A program made the translations under genes and the position numbers. This document shows, in pieces, positions 16,206 through 27,900 of a stretch of 64,000 nucleotides of DNA. Position 1 is the stretch's first letter. Each line of letters opens with the position of its first letter. The DNA is from Candidatus Poribacteria bacterium (GTDB taxonomy: Bacteria > Poribacteria > WGA-4E > PCPOR2b). The stretch lies in the NCBI GenBank assembly GCA_965116925.1, contig OZ220744.1:1888001-1952000 (forward strand), read 5' to 3'. Below the pieces are notes generated by a model. The model ran no database searches. It was not told the origin of the DNA and saw only the letters and a list, made by a program, of their open reading frames with translations.

Positions 16206-19200
16206 ATATAAATCCCGCTCGTTACCTCTGTCGCCATCTGATTAAGCAGCAACCATTCAGCACGACTACCATCAGAAGTAGTGACTGTCAAGCTGTCAAG
16301 ACGTTCTCCATTCGTATTATAAATCTCAATCGTTGTGCCGGTGGGAAGGCGGTCAAACGTGACAGCACTCTTATGAAATTGGTTGGGGCGAATCGGATTA
16401 GGGTATACTCTCGCTTTTGAAAAATCCTGAAAATTGTCAACACCAGCTTCGAGCGGCACATCAAATGTTTGGGTTGCTTCCAGTAGGTTTATAGGATTTC
16501 GATCGGTATCTCGCACGTCCGAAACGGTGATTTCATAGGTGCGCCCGGGAACCAGATCCGCTGCTCGGAAGGTGAGGGTGGCTCGCGTTCCCATCCGGTC
16601 TCGAATTACGGAAATAGGATTTGTACCGGTCAATTGCTTCGGTTCTCTTAACAGATAGAGGCGTGGATTGCCTATGGAAGCTCCCATCTGTTTGTCATAG
16701 GTAACGGCGACCTGGTTATCTTGGATATACGCAGCCGCAATCAGTTTGGGCGGGGTGCGAGGCGTAACGGAAACCGGCTTGGACTGGGCTGATTCGACCC
16801 CCGCCTCATTCTTTGCGGAGACGGTGTACCAGTAGGTTACATCCTTGGTCACTTTCCGGTCAAGGTAACCCACAAAATCTATATCCTCCACAATTGCTTC
16901 AAAGTGGGAGGGGGCTTTATCTGGATCCCCAACTGCTCGATAGACAGTATAAGATACCGCTTCTTCTAGTGTCTCCCAGTCAACCCGAACTGCACGCGCA
17001 CTGAGCGGCGTGGCAGATAGCCCATACGGCTGAATGTTCACAACGCTATTTGGATCACTCGCATGAATGTGCGTAAATGTAAGCAGGTTCACCTCATTGT
17101 TAAGGTAGAGTTCACTAAAGTTGTCCCGATTCAAATCGGCTTGGAATAAGCGCGGCGTTTCCCAAGCCTCGTGATACCAGATTGGATCAAGGTTGGATGA
17201 AACCTGATCTCCATCCATGCGATGACTCCATTTGAACACATAGACGCTTGGATTCGCAAGTATCACTAACTCATTTTCCAAGTCGCCGTCAACATCACCG
17301 ATTGCGAGACTATTCCCCTTCAGGTTGGATGGTGTGATTGCCTGCGACCATATTGATTGGTAGCGCGAGGCACCACTTGCCCGGGTTTGGGGAGTGGTGC
17401 CTACCGGTGGAAAAGCGGTAAATACCTGATACTCCCAACGCGGCCGCATCGAAGGCAAATATTCCTCTTTTACCGTTCCGCCGACGACGAATTCGGGAAT
17501 ACCATCCCCGGTGAGGTCGCCCGCTGCCAGTTGATAGGCGTTCTTGATATCAAGTTTCATCCGCCATTTTTCAACCAACAGATCATCTCCGACAGATTCG
17601 TAGATAAAGAGTTCACCCTCACTATCTGCCACCATTAACTCCAAGACACCGTTCGCGTCGAAATCGCCGACTGCGAACTGTTCGCCAAAAACATTGGAGC
17701 CTTCTGTCTCATTCTTGATGACAAGTATTTCATCGTAGCTATCGTTTCCACGGTTTTCAAAGATACGGATATTGTCGTTAAAATTGTCTGCGCCGACAAT
17801 CTCTTTCCTGCCATCGTTGTCCAGATCAACAATCTGCCCTGATGAGAGAAAAGTGGTTTCCCAAATAATCTTTTCCGGATAGCCATCTTGTGTCACACTT
17901 TCGAGGAGGAAAAGTCTCTCTCGCGTACCGGATAAAATCTCTAACAACCCATCTCCATCGGTATCATCAACCGCAAAAGGTTTAGCATTAATGGTACTAG
18001 TATGTTGGAGTTGATAGATGCCAGCACGAGTCCGTTCATGGACTTCGATCCCGGAAGCGGCGTCGCCGGCGATTGGAAGTCCGACAATTTCGAGCATACC
18101 GTCCCGATCAAAATCGGCAGTAACGCTGCCTAGGTGCATTGGAGGAAGTGTGGTCGAGGTCTCAACAAATCCGTTTGGTGGGATAGATCTGTCGATAACC
18201 TCCGCGCGATAGAATTTTCCACCGTTGTCATCAAGCGTCTCCAACCCCACATCGTTACGAGAGGTAATGAATAGATCGTAACTCCCTGTATCAAGTGAGA
18301 GCGTGAAGAAATGTTCCCGGCTTGCAGAGTTTTCCTCAATAGGTCTAAACGGAGCGGTCGCTTCGCGGGCACGTTGGCTCAATGTATTGATTGTGAAGTC
18401 ATCTGTTGACCAGCTGACGATGGTAGCATAGTTGTCCTTTGTAATCTGATTCTGTACCTTTACATTCTGCACTTGAGGTGGCGTTCGATCTATCGAGACG
18501 ACGACCTCATCACGCAGCACTTTTCCGTCCACGCTATTGACCTCAAGACGAATGGTGTAAATACCTTCTGCTATGGAGGAAGTTTCCCAGACGAGCAGCG
18601 TTTCATTTATCTTCTGCTGTTGAGAAGGTGCATCAATAGGTTGAAACGCTGTTGGGACAACCGATGGTCCATATAACAGCTGCCATGTCTCAAATTTGAA
18701 TCCGCCAGCGGTGCCAACAATCTCGATCTGGTTTGAGCCCCCACTGTGGGCTTCTGGCGAAAGAATGTGTGCTTTTAGAGAACCGCTCGCCATCAGAGCG
18801 CGTGCGGCATTCAGATTGCCCGCCCCAACGAGTTCGGGGCTTTCTGTAATCGGGTCGGTGGTCGAAAGTAGAATCTGCCGGACCTCCTGATGCGTCAGAC
18901 TTGGACGTTTCGATATAATTAAAGCGGCAACCCCGGAGACATGCGCTGTTGCCATTGACGTGCCAGAGAGGGGACGGTATCGATTGTTGATATGTGTACT
19001 TACAATCACATTGCCCGGTGCGCCGATGTCGATAGAGGCACCAAAGTTGGATTGGTAAAACTTCTGTTTGTGTTGCTCAGTTGCGGCAACGGAGATTACC
19101 TTGCGATAACCAGCGGGAAAAATGGATGCCCCTTCAGACTCATTTCCTGATGCGGCAACCATCAGGACTCCCCGCGCGTAGGCGTAATCCACAGCGTCAC

Positions 19201-20200
19201 GAAGTACAAAGGAACGCTCACGTCCCCCCCAACTCATATTGATAACCCGTGCACCGTTGTCCACAGCATAGACAATTGCCGCTGCCGAACGGTCATCCCG
19301 TATTCCCTCCACACCAGCACCTCGGATCGGCATCAGAGTGCAATTCCACGCAATGCCGGCAATGCCAACATCGTTGTCTACCGCTGCTCCGATTATTCCT
19401 GTAACATGCGTTCCGTGCCCTGATTCATCTATAGGATCATTGTCGCCGTTCTGCGACTTTCCACTCCCATCGCGACTTGGCGGTTCCGAAAAGTCCCAGC
19501 CGTGCACATCGTCAATGTACCCGTTATCGTCATCATCAATTCCGTTGTCGGGAACTTCATCAGCATTGATCCAGGTCTGTGAAGCCAGATCTTCGTGGGT
19601 GTAATCAAAGCCTGTGTCCACAACTGCGATGATGACTTCTGGATCGCCCTTCTCAATTGCCCACGCCCCCGGCATATCGATCAGTGACAGATTCCACTGT
19701 TCCTCGAAGTGTGGATCGTTCGGGATAATTTCGGCTGCCTGTGTTTGGCGAATGTAGTTGAATTCGATTGCTTCAATCAGCGCGTGTGCGGCGTAATCCA
19801 CTTTAATAGTATGTAGATCAATAGGGACCTGAAAACGCAGAAGATAGGTGCGTTTAAGGTTTGGATTGGCACCCGGGTGAGCAATGTGCGGAAAGAGCGG
19901 ATAGACTGACCGAACCCCCATCTGATTGTAGAGTTTTTGTAACGGCGACTTGGCGTGAAGTCGCTCCCACTCGGCTCGCGCTTTGGGTGTCACGCGAATC
20001 AGGAGTTCTCCGGGGGCGAATTGGGAATTGTCCGCTATTGGAAGTGCAAACACGCTCTGAGCACCAATAGTTGTTGACAGGGAAAGGATTAATAATATTA
20101 GAAGTAGGGTAGGTCCTAATACCGGAGGAAGCGAGGTAGCGAGGCGGCGAGGTAGCGAGAAATTATTTAGATCTATTTGGGACGAACGATGCACTTTCAT
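16148..20200 (-). CDS. Secreted S8 subtilisin-like peptidase with FG-GAP/VCBS repeats, FN3/Ig domains and a T9SS-like C-terminal domain
   Basis: Triad VVDTG / GHGTHV / SGTSMA; D.D.DG..EI repeats; VYPNP...SGIYIY...GKIAVIK tail. Confidence 0.9.
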   Translation of the reverse strand: MKVHRSSQIDLNNFSLPRRLATSLPPVLGPTLLLILLILSLSTTIGAQSVFALPIADNSQFAPGELLIRVTPKARAEWERLHAKSPLQKLYNQMGVRSVYPLFPHIAHPGANPNLKRTYLLRFQVPIDLHTIKVDYAAHALIEAIEFNYIRQTQAAEIIPNDPHFEEQWNLSLIDMPGAWAIEKGDPEVIIAVVDTGFDYTHEDLASQTWINADEVPDNGIDDDDNGYIDDVHGWDFSEPPSRDGSGKSQNGDNDPIDESGHGTHVTGIIGAAVDNDVGIAGIAWNCTLMPIRGAGVEGIRDDRSAAAIVYAVDNGARVINMSWGGRERSFVLRDAVDYAYARGVLMVAASGNESEGASIFPAGYRKVISVAATEQHKQKFYQSNFGASIDIGAPGNVIVSTHINNRYRPLSGTSMATAHVSGVAALIISKRPSLTHQEVRQILLSTTDPITESPELVGAGNLNAARALMASGSLKAHILSPEAHSGGSNQIEIVGTAGGFKFETWQLLYGPSVVPTAFQPIDAPSQQQKINETLLVWETSSIAEGIYTIRLEVNSVDGKVLRDEVVVSIDRTPPQVQNVKVQNQITKDNYATIVSWSTDDFTINTLSQRAREATAPFRPIEENSASREHFFTLSLDTGSYDLFITSRNDVGLETLDDNGGKFYRAEVIDRSIPPNGFVETSTTLPPMHLGSVTADFDRDGMLEIVGLPIAGDAASGIEVHERTRAGIYQLQHTSTINAKPFAVDDTDGDGLLEILSGTRERLFLLESVTQDGYPEKIIWETTFLSSGQIVDLDNDGRKEIVGADNFNDNIRIFENRGNDSYDEILVIKNETEGSNVFGEQFAVGDFDANGVLELMVADSEGELFIYESVGDDLLVEKWRMKLDIKNAYQLAAGDLTGDGIPEFVVGGTVKEEYLPSMRPRWEYQVFTAFPPVGTTPQTRASGASRYQSIWSQAITPSNLKGNSLAIGDVDGDLENELVILANPSVYVFKWSHRMDGDQVSSNLDPIWYHEAWETPRLFQADLNRDNFSELYLNNEVNLLTFTHIHASDPNSVVNIQPYGLSATPLSARAVRVDWETLEEAVSYTVYRAVGDPDKAPSHFEAIVEDIDFVGYLDRKVTKDVTYWYTVSAKNEAGVESAQSKPVSVTPRTPPKLIAAAYIQDNQVAVTYDKQMGASIGNPRLYLLREPKQLTGTNPISVIRDRMGTRATLTFRAADLVPGRTYEITVSDVRDTDRNPINLLEATQTFDVPLEAGVDNFQDFSKARVYPNPIRPNQFHKSAVTFDRLPTGTTIEIYNTNGERLDSLTVTTSDGSRAEWLLLNQMATEVTSGIYIYVMEFENLKKTGKIAVIK

Positions 20201-20303
20201 TTACAATAATCACCTTTGATCGAATCGAGATTTACATCCATTTAGCCTAGTGTTATAATTTAACATATCATAGCAAAAATTTACAAAGGGAGATATACAT
20301 ATT

Positions 20304-21713
20304 ATGGAACTTTACGAAGCAGTGAGTCCTCTTGATTTCAGATATTACGGGGGCAGTGAAGCGGTTATGAAGAAACTACTGCCCTACGTCTCGGAAGCCG
20401 CTTACGTCCAATATCAAGCCAAAGTCGAGGCTGCATTGGTGCGGACGCTTGCCAAGTACGGCATCTGCTCGCATGAGATTGCGGATGAAGTTGAACGGGC
20501 ATCGGAAGAGGTGACAGCCGCAGAGGTTTACGAAGAGCAGTCGCGCATTCGACACAACATCCGTTCACTTGTAAATGTGATTCGACGAAAGATTTCTCCG
20601 GAGGCGCGTCCGTATGTTCACCTATTCGCAACGTCCGCGGACATCCTTGATACCGCAACAGCGTTACGCTTCAAGGACCTTACTCAAAAGGTAATTCTTC
20701 CAGATCTCATCAAACTTGAGAATCGGTTTATCGACCTCGCACGGGAGCACGCGGAAACGGTGCAGATTGGACGGACTCATGGTCAACATGCAGAACCGAT
20801 TACCTTCGGCTACGCCATGGCACTTTACGTCAGCCGGATTGGGAATCGCATTGAACTGATAGACCGTACAAGCCAAAATCTACGCGGCCAATTTTCGGGC
20901 GCAGTGGGAGCGTTCAACGGACTTGCGCTGATAGTTGAGCAGCCGGAGCAGATGGAGGCCGACCTTCTGGCAGAACTCGGATTGAAACCGTCGGATACAC
21001 ACACTTCGACGCAGTGTGTTGAACCTGAGTTTATCACCGACCTCGCTTACGCGATTACCTCTGCTTACACCATCCTTGCAAATTTCGCAGATGACATCCG
21101 CCACCTCTATCGGACGGAAATCGCCGAGATCAGCAAGCAGTATGATCCCCAATTGGTCGGCTCCTCCACGATGCCGCACAAGGTTAATCCCGAAACGTTT
21201 GAAACGGTGAAGGGGCTCTGGAAAGCGTTTGTGCCGCGTATGACGACGGTGTTTATGGACCAGATTTTGGAGCATCAACGCGATCTTACCAACTCCGCAT
21301 CGAGCCGTTTCCTGACGGAACTTTTCACCGCATTTGACTATTCGATTTATCGTTTAATTCGCGCCTTGGGGGAGATGGATGTGAAGGTGGATAATATGCA
21401 GCGCAATCTTGAGGCGAGCGCAGGGGACACGGTCGCAGAACCGATCTATCTTTTGATGGCGTATTACGGATTTCCTGACGCTTACGACCACACCCGCAAA
21501 CTTGTCGCTCAAGTACATCAGACGGGGCAACAGTTGACGGATCTTCTGTGGGCGGATGAGACATTGCAACCGTTCCTTGAACAACTCACACCAATACAAC
21601 AGGAGGCACTCCGCGATCCAAAGAAGTACGTCGGGGCATCTGCACAGCGGACGCATGCAACTTGCGACGAATGGGAAAAACGGGTGCAACAAATCTCGGT
21701 AACCTGTGGATAG
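20304..21713 (+). CDS. purB: Adenylosuccinate lyase
   Basis: SPLDFRY, HLFATSADI, GRTHGQHAEPITFG, GSSTMPHKVNP, HQRDLTNS. Confidence 0.9.
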   Translation: MELYEAVSPLDFRYYGGSEAVMKKLLPYVSEAAYVQYQAKVEAALVRTLAKYGICSHEIADEVERASEEVTAAEVYEEQSRIRHNIRSLVNVIRRKISPEARPYVHLFATSADILDTATALRFKDLTQKVILPDLIKLENRFIDLAREHAETVQIGRTHGQHAEPITFGYAMALYVSRIGNRIELIDRTSQNLRGQFSGAVGAFNGLALIVEQPEQMEADLLAELGLKPSDTHTSTQCVEPEFITDLAYAITSAYTILANFADDIRHLYRTEIAEISKQYDPQLVGSSTMPHKVNPETFETVKGLWKAFVPRMTTVFMDQILEHQRDLTNSASSRFLTELFTAFDYSIYRLIRALGEMDVKVDNMQRNLEASAGDTVAEPIYLLMAYYGFPDAYDHTRKLVAQVHQTGQQLTDLLWADETLQPFLEQLTPIQQEALRDPKKYVGASAQRTHATCDEWEKRVQQISVTCG

Positions 21714-21719
21714 GAAACT

Positions 21720-24464
21720 TTAGAAGGTAAATCCAAGCCCAATCTGCGTAGTGGAGGTGTCTCGTCTGCCCAAGTACAATTTACTATATCCAGCCCTTAG
21801 ATTCAAGCTGGGGGTTATGTAAATACGGACTCCCATTTCATAGTGATAGAAATATGTCGCGTCGAAATCCGACTGGACCTTAATAGAACCTGTAGCGTCA
21901 ACCACGATTTTATCCGACGGATAGAGCTTCAAACCTGCACCAAGAATGGGCGTCGTGTGCGTTGTCCTAGTCCGGGAGTCAGCTTCGTATTCCGCAATAC
22001 CACCCAGAAACATAACTGCAATATTACTTTTTTCTAAAGCGGGTCCCCACTGGACCATTGCGCTTACGTTTGTGTTACCTGGATGGGAAAAGTCCAGTTG
22101 TGCCCCTAACGTCGGCTGGTGTTTTCCCTCACGTAGGTAAGCGATCCTGAACATTTTATCTCCTTCCCAATCACGGAGGGGAGCGTTGTGACCCGCAGCA
22201 CTTACCCATACCCCTTGGTACATGGGATAGGTTGGAGACCTTAGCGGAGGCTCTTCAGGTGTATCTGCTGGTATGGTTAGGGGAGGATCTCGCGGTTCTA
22301 CCTCTTCTGGCTCCTCTCCCGGTTTAATGTCCACAGGTTCCGATTCTGCCGGGCTTTCATTTCCGCTGTCATCAGTTGCGGTTTTAGTTTCTACAGGTTC
22401 CGATTCTATCTCGCTTTCATCTCCTCTATCGTCAGTTGCGGCTTTAATTTCTATCTGCCTCGATTCGGATTCGCTTCTGTTTCCTGTTTCATCGGTCGCA
22501 GTCAGATAATACCGGAGGGATCCAGCCTCGCTGACCGTTATGCCTACGGCGTATATACCCGATCCATCTGCCTCGGTAAGTTTTTGGCTGTTGGTAGGTG
22601 AAAAATGAACGTGAACCGCTTTGATAGCGTTACTGTCTGTTACTTCCGCTCTGATGGTAATTTGTTGATTGACCGTGAAATTAGCACCTTCGGGCGGATC
22701 TAGGAGATTGATTGTTGGGGGCAGATCCGCAACGATGGCGATTTGATAATTACGATCTGGAGTTTCCGGCTGCCTGAATGTCAAATGACCCTCATATTCG
22801 ACCTTAACGTAGTATTCAATCGAATTAACATACTTCTGTGAAACCAAACCCGCCTTATAGATCCACGTTGAGGAGGCCGATTGCTTATCCCACAAACGCA
22901 TTTTCTGATTGTTCTGTTCTAATTCGTTCTTGTCTCTGTCGTAGGTTTTGTAGTGGATCGTAACCTGTTGAGGCCCTTTGGAGGTGATTAGATTTAGCGC
23001 AAGTGGGATTATCTCTCCCGCCAATGCTGTTGAAGGAGAATTATGCTTCATGGTGGGTGGTATCTCAAGATCGATTTCCTTATGGCGATTCGGTTCGATC
23101 GTAACAGCCCTCCTTTTGGATCTCCTTGCATAAATTCCTTCCACAATGTAATCGCCCGTAAGCAGTCTGCGCTTGACGATTCCGGTGCCTAACATCGTCT
23201 TACCAATGTTGCCTCCTTTAATCCAGATTTCTGCCTGTGGCAGCAAGGAAATTACAGTCAATTCACCTGTTAAGTTTCTACGTACTTCTTCAAGTAATCC
23301 ACCAAAAATTGGGTGATCTGTTCCTATCCTTGGAGGCAATTTCTGGTCTGGGTTATGGCGAATTGATTCTTCAAACTGCTCTCGCACTTTGTCATTACCT
23401 TCTCCAGCTCCCCATTTTGAGCAGCCCAAGTAGAGATAGGCTTCCGCTCGCTGTTCTGAATCTGCAAGCTCTTGTATGGCTGAACTTAAGACCTTGATAG
23501 CCTCGCTGTATTTTGCCTGTTCATATAGCCTAATCCCTTTGTCAAGCATGGCATGACGAGGACGGGGTTTGGGTGGCTCCGGCTCGGGTGAATTAACCTG
23601 AGACTCAACTGGCTTCGATTTGACACGTGGCGGATCAGCCAGAGGCTTGGCTGGTTTCGGTTGAACAGATGATGGATTAACCGGTTTCGGTTCGACGGGG
23701 GGTGGATCCACTTGAGGTGTGGCTGGCTCAGATTCGATAGGTAATGGATCAACCTTGGGTTTGGTTGGTCGCGGTTGGACGGGTGTCGGAGTGATTGGTA
23801 TATTAGCCAGTGTCTTGAGATAATTTACAGGAACAGCAAAATTGAGATGCTGTCCATCACGAAAAGTTAGGAGTGAAACCCCTACCACTTCGCCTTTTTC
23901 ATTAAAGATGGGACCGCCACTGCTCCCCTGAGAGATTGGAGCGGTCATTTGGAAAAGCTTACCGGTGGAATCGCCACGAATCGCGCTGATAATACCAGCC
24001 GAGAATAAGACCTCTAGCCCCCTCGGATTGCCCGCGATGTACACTTTATCATCAATCTGAACCGTATCGCTGTCACCAAGAGGAAGTGCAGGTGCGTCGA
24101 TCCCTACGACTTTTATTATTGCCAGATCACGCGCTTTATCAACGACCTGGATTGTTTCAACAGGATATATCTCTTCCTTTCCAGCTAACTTCGCGCTTCC
24201 AATCCACATATTGTCGATAACATGATGATTAGTTGCAATATGGCCATCATGGATAACAAATCCGCTACCCGTCCAACGGTTGCCTTTGGTATCTGTGAAA
24301 CCCAAGTGTACCGTAGAATCTAAAGCGATTTCGACAATCTCTTGGGGAGTCGGGGCAGCTTCGACAGTTGTCCCGCAGAACAGCACAAGTCCCCCAACCA
24401 TAAAATTCAGTAATAATTTTTGCCTACGTTGCATAGAATTGTGTCCTTTCACAGAAGGACACAC
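21720..24464 (-). CDS. Trypsin-like (S1C) serine protease with Pro-rich linker, TPR, PEGA/Ig-like domains and probable C-terminal beta-barrel
   Basis: TNHHV / DLAII / GSSGGP triad; TPR LYEQAKYSEAI...AYLYLG; ends TTQIGLGFTF; start may be ATG 24434. Confidence 0.85.
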   Translation of the reverse strand: MCPSVKGHNSMQRRQKLLLNFMVGGLVLFCGTTVEAAPTPQEIVEIALDSTVHLGFTDTKGNRWTGSGFVIHDGHIATNHHVIDNMWIGSAKLAGKEEIYPVETIQVVDKARDLAIIKVVGIDAPALPLGDSDTVQIDDKVYIAGNPRGLEVLFSAGIISAIRGDSTGKLFQMTAPISQGSSGGPIFNEKGEVVGVSLLTFRDGQHLNFAVPVNYLKTLANIPITPTPVQPRPTKPKVDPLPIESEPATPQVDPPPVEPKPVNPSSVQPKPAKPLADPPRVKSKPVESQVNSPEPEPPKPRPRHAMLDKGIRLYEQAKYSEAIKVLSSAIQELADSEQRAEAYLYLGCSKWGAGEGNDKVREQFEESIRHNPDQKLPPRIGTDHPIFGGLLEEVRRNLTGELTVISLLPQAEIWIKGGNIGKTMLGTGIVKRRLLTGDYIVEGIYARRSKRRAVTIEPNRHKEIDLEIPPTMKHNSPSTALAGEIIPLALNLITSKGPQQVTIHYKTYDRDKNELEQNNQKMRLWDKQSASSTWIYKAGLVSQKYVNSIEYYVKVEYEGHLTFRQPETPDRNYQIAIVADLPPTINLLDPPEGANFTVNQQITIRAEVTDSNAIKAVHVHFSPTNSQKLTEADGSGIYAVGITVSEAGSLRYYLTATDETGNRSESESRQIEIKAATDDRGDESEIESEPVETKTATDDSGNESPAESEPVDIKPGEEPEEVEPRDPPLTIPADTPEEPPLRSPTYPMYQGVWVSAAGHNAPLRDWEGDKMFRIAYLREGKHQPTLGAQLDFSHPGNTNVSAMVQWGPALEKSNIAVMFLGGIAEYEADSRTRTTHTTPILGAGLKLYPSDKIVVDATGSIKVQSDFDATYFYHYEMGVRIYITPSLNLRAGYSKLYLGRRDTSTTQIGLGFTF

Positions 24465-24474
24465 TCAAATGGCA

Positions 24475-24900
24475 TCATTGGTTCAAAAAATCGTGCGAGA
24501 TTGATAGACCATTCTTCCATGCTTCATAGGAAAAGACTTTTTCTTTCTCCTTATAAACCAACTTGATTGTTGTCCCAATCGGGACTTTCAGACCGCCTCG
24601 TATCGGGGTAACGTTAGATTTTTCTCGGTTGGGGGCAGGTGATATGGCGAAATCCTGTGCCCGTGGTTCTATGAAATCATCGCCTTGGGGTAGCTTTATA
24701 AACACCCTTGCCCACGGAATAGCATTAATGGACACAGCTACAGGTAGTGATGTAAGGGATTCTTCATCTTGAGAGCTCGGGGAGGATTCTCCGTCCCAAG
24801 ATATTATAAAAATAATTAAACCAGCAATAAAAATGACGCTAACAGTAGCGATAACTATAATCAGTCTAACCATACCTAATTCTCCTGTTCTGATCGCCAT
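24475..24900 (-). CDS. Single-TM membrane protein with PEGA-like domain
   Basis: N-terminal TM helix, VSINAIPWARVFI; paralogue of 28958-29455. Confidence 0.75.
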   Translation of the reverse strand: MAIRTGELGMVRLIIVIATVSVIFIAGLIIFIISWDGESSPSSQDEESLTSLPVAVSINAIPWARVFIKLPQGDDFIEPRAQDFAISPAPNREKSNVTPIRGGLKVPIGTTIKLVYKEKEKVFSYEAWKNGLSISHDFLNQ

Positions 24901-24921
24901 TATATAGGGTAATTGAGAAAA

Positions 24922-27900
24922 TCAAAAGGTATATCCAAGCCCAACCTGTATATTGGAAACGTTTTGAGTGCCTAAAAACAATTGACCATATCCGGCTCTT
25001 AGGCTCAATTTATCGGTTATATAAAAACGGATGCCCCCTTCATAGTGATAGAGATCCATGGTGTCAGAACCCTGCTGAAATTGAATTGAACCTGTGGCAT
25101 CTATTACAATTCTGTCCCGCGGATAGAGTTTCACCCCCCCACCAAAGATAGGGGTAGTATGAGCTGACCGAAGAGAATCCTCATACTGTGCGATGCCACC
25201 CAGCAACGTAAACGTAGCCTTGGTTTTTCCTGGGGGGCGTGGTCCCCACTGAACCATCGCGCTCATGTTCGTGAGATCCGGAGAAAAGTCTAGTTGCACG
25301 CCTAGCGTTGATCGGCTTTTACCCTCACGGAGATAAGCAAGCCTGAACATATAATTCCCATCCCCAGCAAAGGTGGAAGCACCGTCCCCAGAAACGCTTG
25401 CCCATATCCCTTCGTATATTGGAGGATTTGGCTCTTCGGGGGGCGGTGGAGGAGGCGGTTTAATTTCTACCTGTCTCGATTTTGACTCAGTTGTGTTGCC
25501 CACTTCATCAGTTGCAGTTAGGTAATACTTGATGGATTTGGCTTGAGGGAATGTTATATTTGTGGTGTATATATTCGAGGATTTTTCTTGGGACATTTTT
25601 TTACTACTGCCCGATGAAAAATGAACATGAACTGCTTTGATGGAGACACTAGCTTTTACTTCCGCTCCGATGGTAATTTGTTCATTGACTTCAAATTCGG
25701 CAGGGTCGTCGGACGGATATAGCACGGATATTGTTGGTTTATCTACGCTTCTTGTAATTTCTATCCGTCTCGACTCCGACTCACTTGTGTTTCCCGCTTC
25801 ATCGGTCGCAACCAGATAATACCGGAGGGGCTGGCTGACTGTTATCTTTGTGGTATATACATCGGAGGAATTTTCTTGAGACATTTTTTGCCTATTACTC
25901 GATGAAAAATGAACGTGAACCGCTTTGATAGCGTGGCTAGCACTTACTTCCGCTCTGATGGTAATTTCTTGATCGCGCTCGAATTTCGCACCATCGGGTG
26001 GATATAACAGGGATATTGTTAGTGGTTTATCATCGACGATAGAGATTTGATGATGGCGATTTTGATCTCTTGGATGTCTGAACAACCCATGATTCTCATA
26101 TTCGATCTCAATGTAGTATTCAATTGAACCGACGTGTTTTTGTGAGGGCAAATCCACCTTGTAGATCCCCGTTGATGAGGCGGGTTGCTGGGCCCATAAA
26201 TCCATCTCCTGATCGTTCTGTTCTAATTCCTTGCGGTTTCTGTTGTAGGTTTTGTAATGGACTTTAACGTGTTGGGAGGCTTTGGTACTGATTAACTTCA
26301 CTTCAAGTGGGATTATTTTACCAACGGATATGTTTGAAGGCGGATCATGCTTTATGTCGGGTGGTATCCCCAGATCTATTTCCTTATGGCGATTTGGTTC
26401 AATCGTAATAGCCCTCCTTTTGGATCCTCCTTCATAAATTCCTTCCACAATGTAGTCGCCTGTAAGTAGTCTGCGCTTGACGATGCCAGTGCCTAACATT
26501 TTCCTATCAACCTCGTTGCCTTCGATCCAAATCTCTGTGTGTGGTAGTAGAGAGATTACGGTCAATTCGCCTGTTAATTCTTTGCGTACTTCCTCGATTA
26601 ACTCAGCAAAAATTGGGTGATCTTTCCCTAACCTTGGCGGCAATTCTTGATCGGGATTGTGGCGAATTGCCCTTTGAAATTGATCCCTCACCTTGTCATT
26701 GCCTTCACCGATTCCCCTTTTTGAACCTCCTAAATAAAGATAGGCTTCTGCCCGCTGTTTCGGATCTTCGAGCTCGCGTATGGCTGAACTTAAAGCTTGG
26801 ATTGCCTCTCTGTATCTTGCCTGTTCATACAACTCAATCCCTTTTTCAAGATTTTCTTGAGTTGTAATTTTCATTCCCAAATGCCTCGGTTTCGACTTGC
26901 TTTCGTTGCCTTCCTCATCAGTTGCAGTTAGATAATACTGGAGGGTTACGATATTTTGGATTGTGATATCTATGGTGTATATGTCTGAGGAACCTTTTGC
27001 AGTAAGTTTGTGACTTTGTGGATCGTTAAACCGTGAGAAGATATGGATGTGGACATCTTTGACAGCACTATTGTCTGTTACCTTTGCTCTAAAGGTAATT
27101 TCTTGATTGGCACCGAATGTCGCATCAGGAGGTGGATATAGCACCGATATTGTTGGCGGTTTATCATCGACGATAGGGATTTGATAATAACGAGATTGAG
27201 ACCTTGGATATCTGAACGGTAAGTGATTATCATATTTGACTGCAATGTAGTATTTAATCGAACCGACACGCTTTTGTGAAGGCAAATCCATTTTGTAGGA
27301 CCACGATGATGACGCGGATGGCTGGTTCGACAAACGCATCTTCTGACTTTTCTTTTCTGATTCGTTGCCGTTTTTGTCGTAGGTTGAGTAATGAATCGTA
27401 ACTTGTTGGGGAGCTTTGGAACTGATTAAATTCAACGTAAGTGGAATTATTTCGCCGACGGATACGCGTGAAGGAGGAGCATGCTTCATGATGGGCGATA
27501 TCTTAGGAGATGTGGGAGTGATTGGTATACCCTTTTCTTTAGCCAGTTGCTTGAGATAATTCACAGCGATAGCAAAATTGAGATTCTCAGGAATAGTAAC
27601 GGTAAAATCCGGTTGTAGAAAGCTGGGCACCCCGCCATAAACGATACCGATGACTTCGCCCTTATCGTTTAGCACAGGACCTCCACTACTCCCTTTAGAA
27701 GTCGGAGCTGTCATTTGGAGTAGTTTGCAGGGAGCGTGCCAATCCCAGGAGGTGCCACCGGATAGTGGGAAGGTTGTCAGGTAGGCACCGGGTGGTCGGA
27801 TGGCACTTATCTCGCCACTTGAAAATGTACCTTCCAATCTATGTGGGTTACCCATGACGTAAACTTTATCAGCAACCTGAACCGCATCACTATCACCAAG

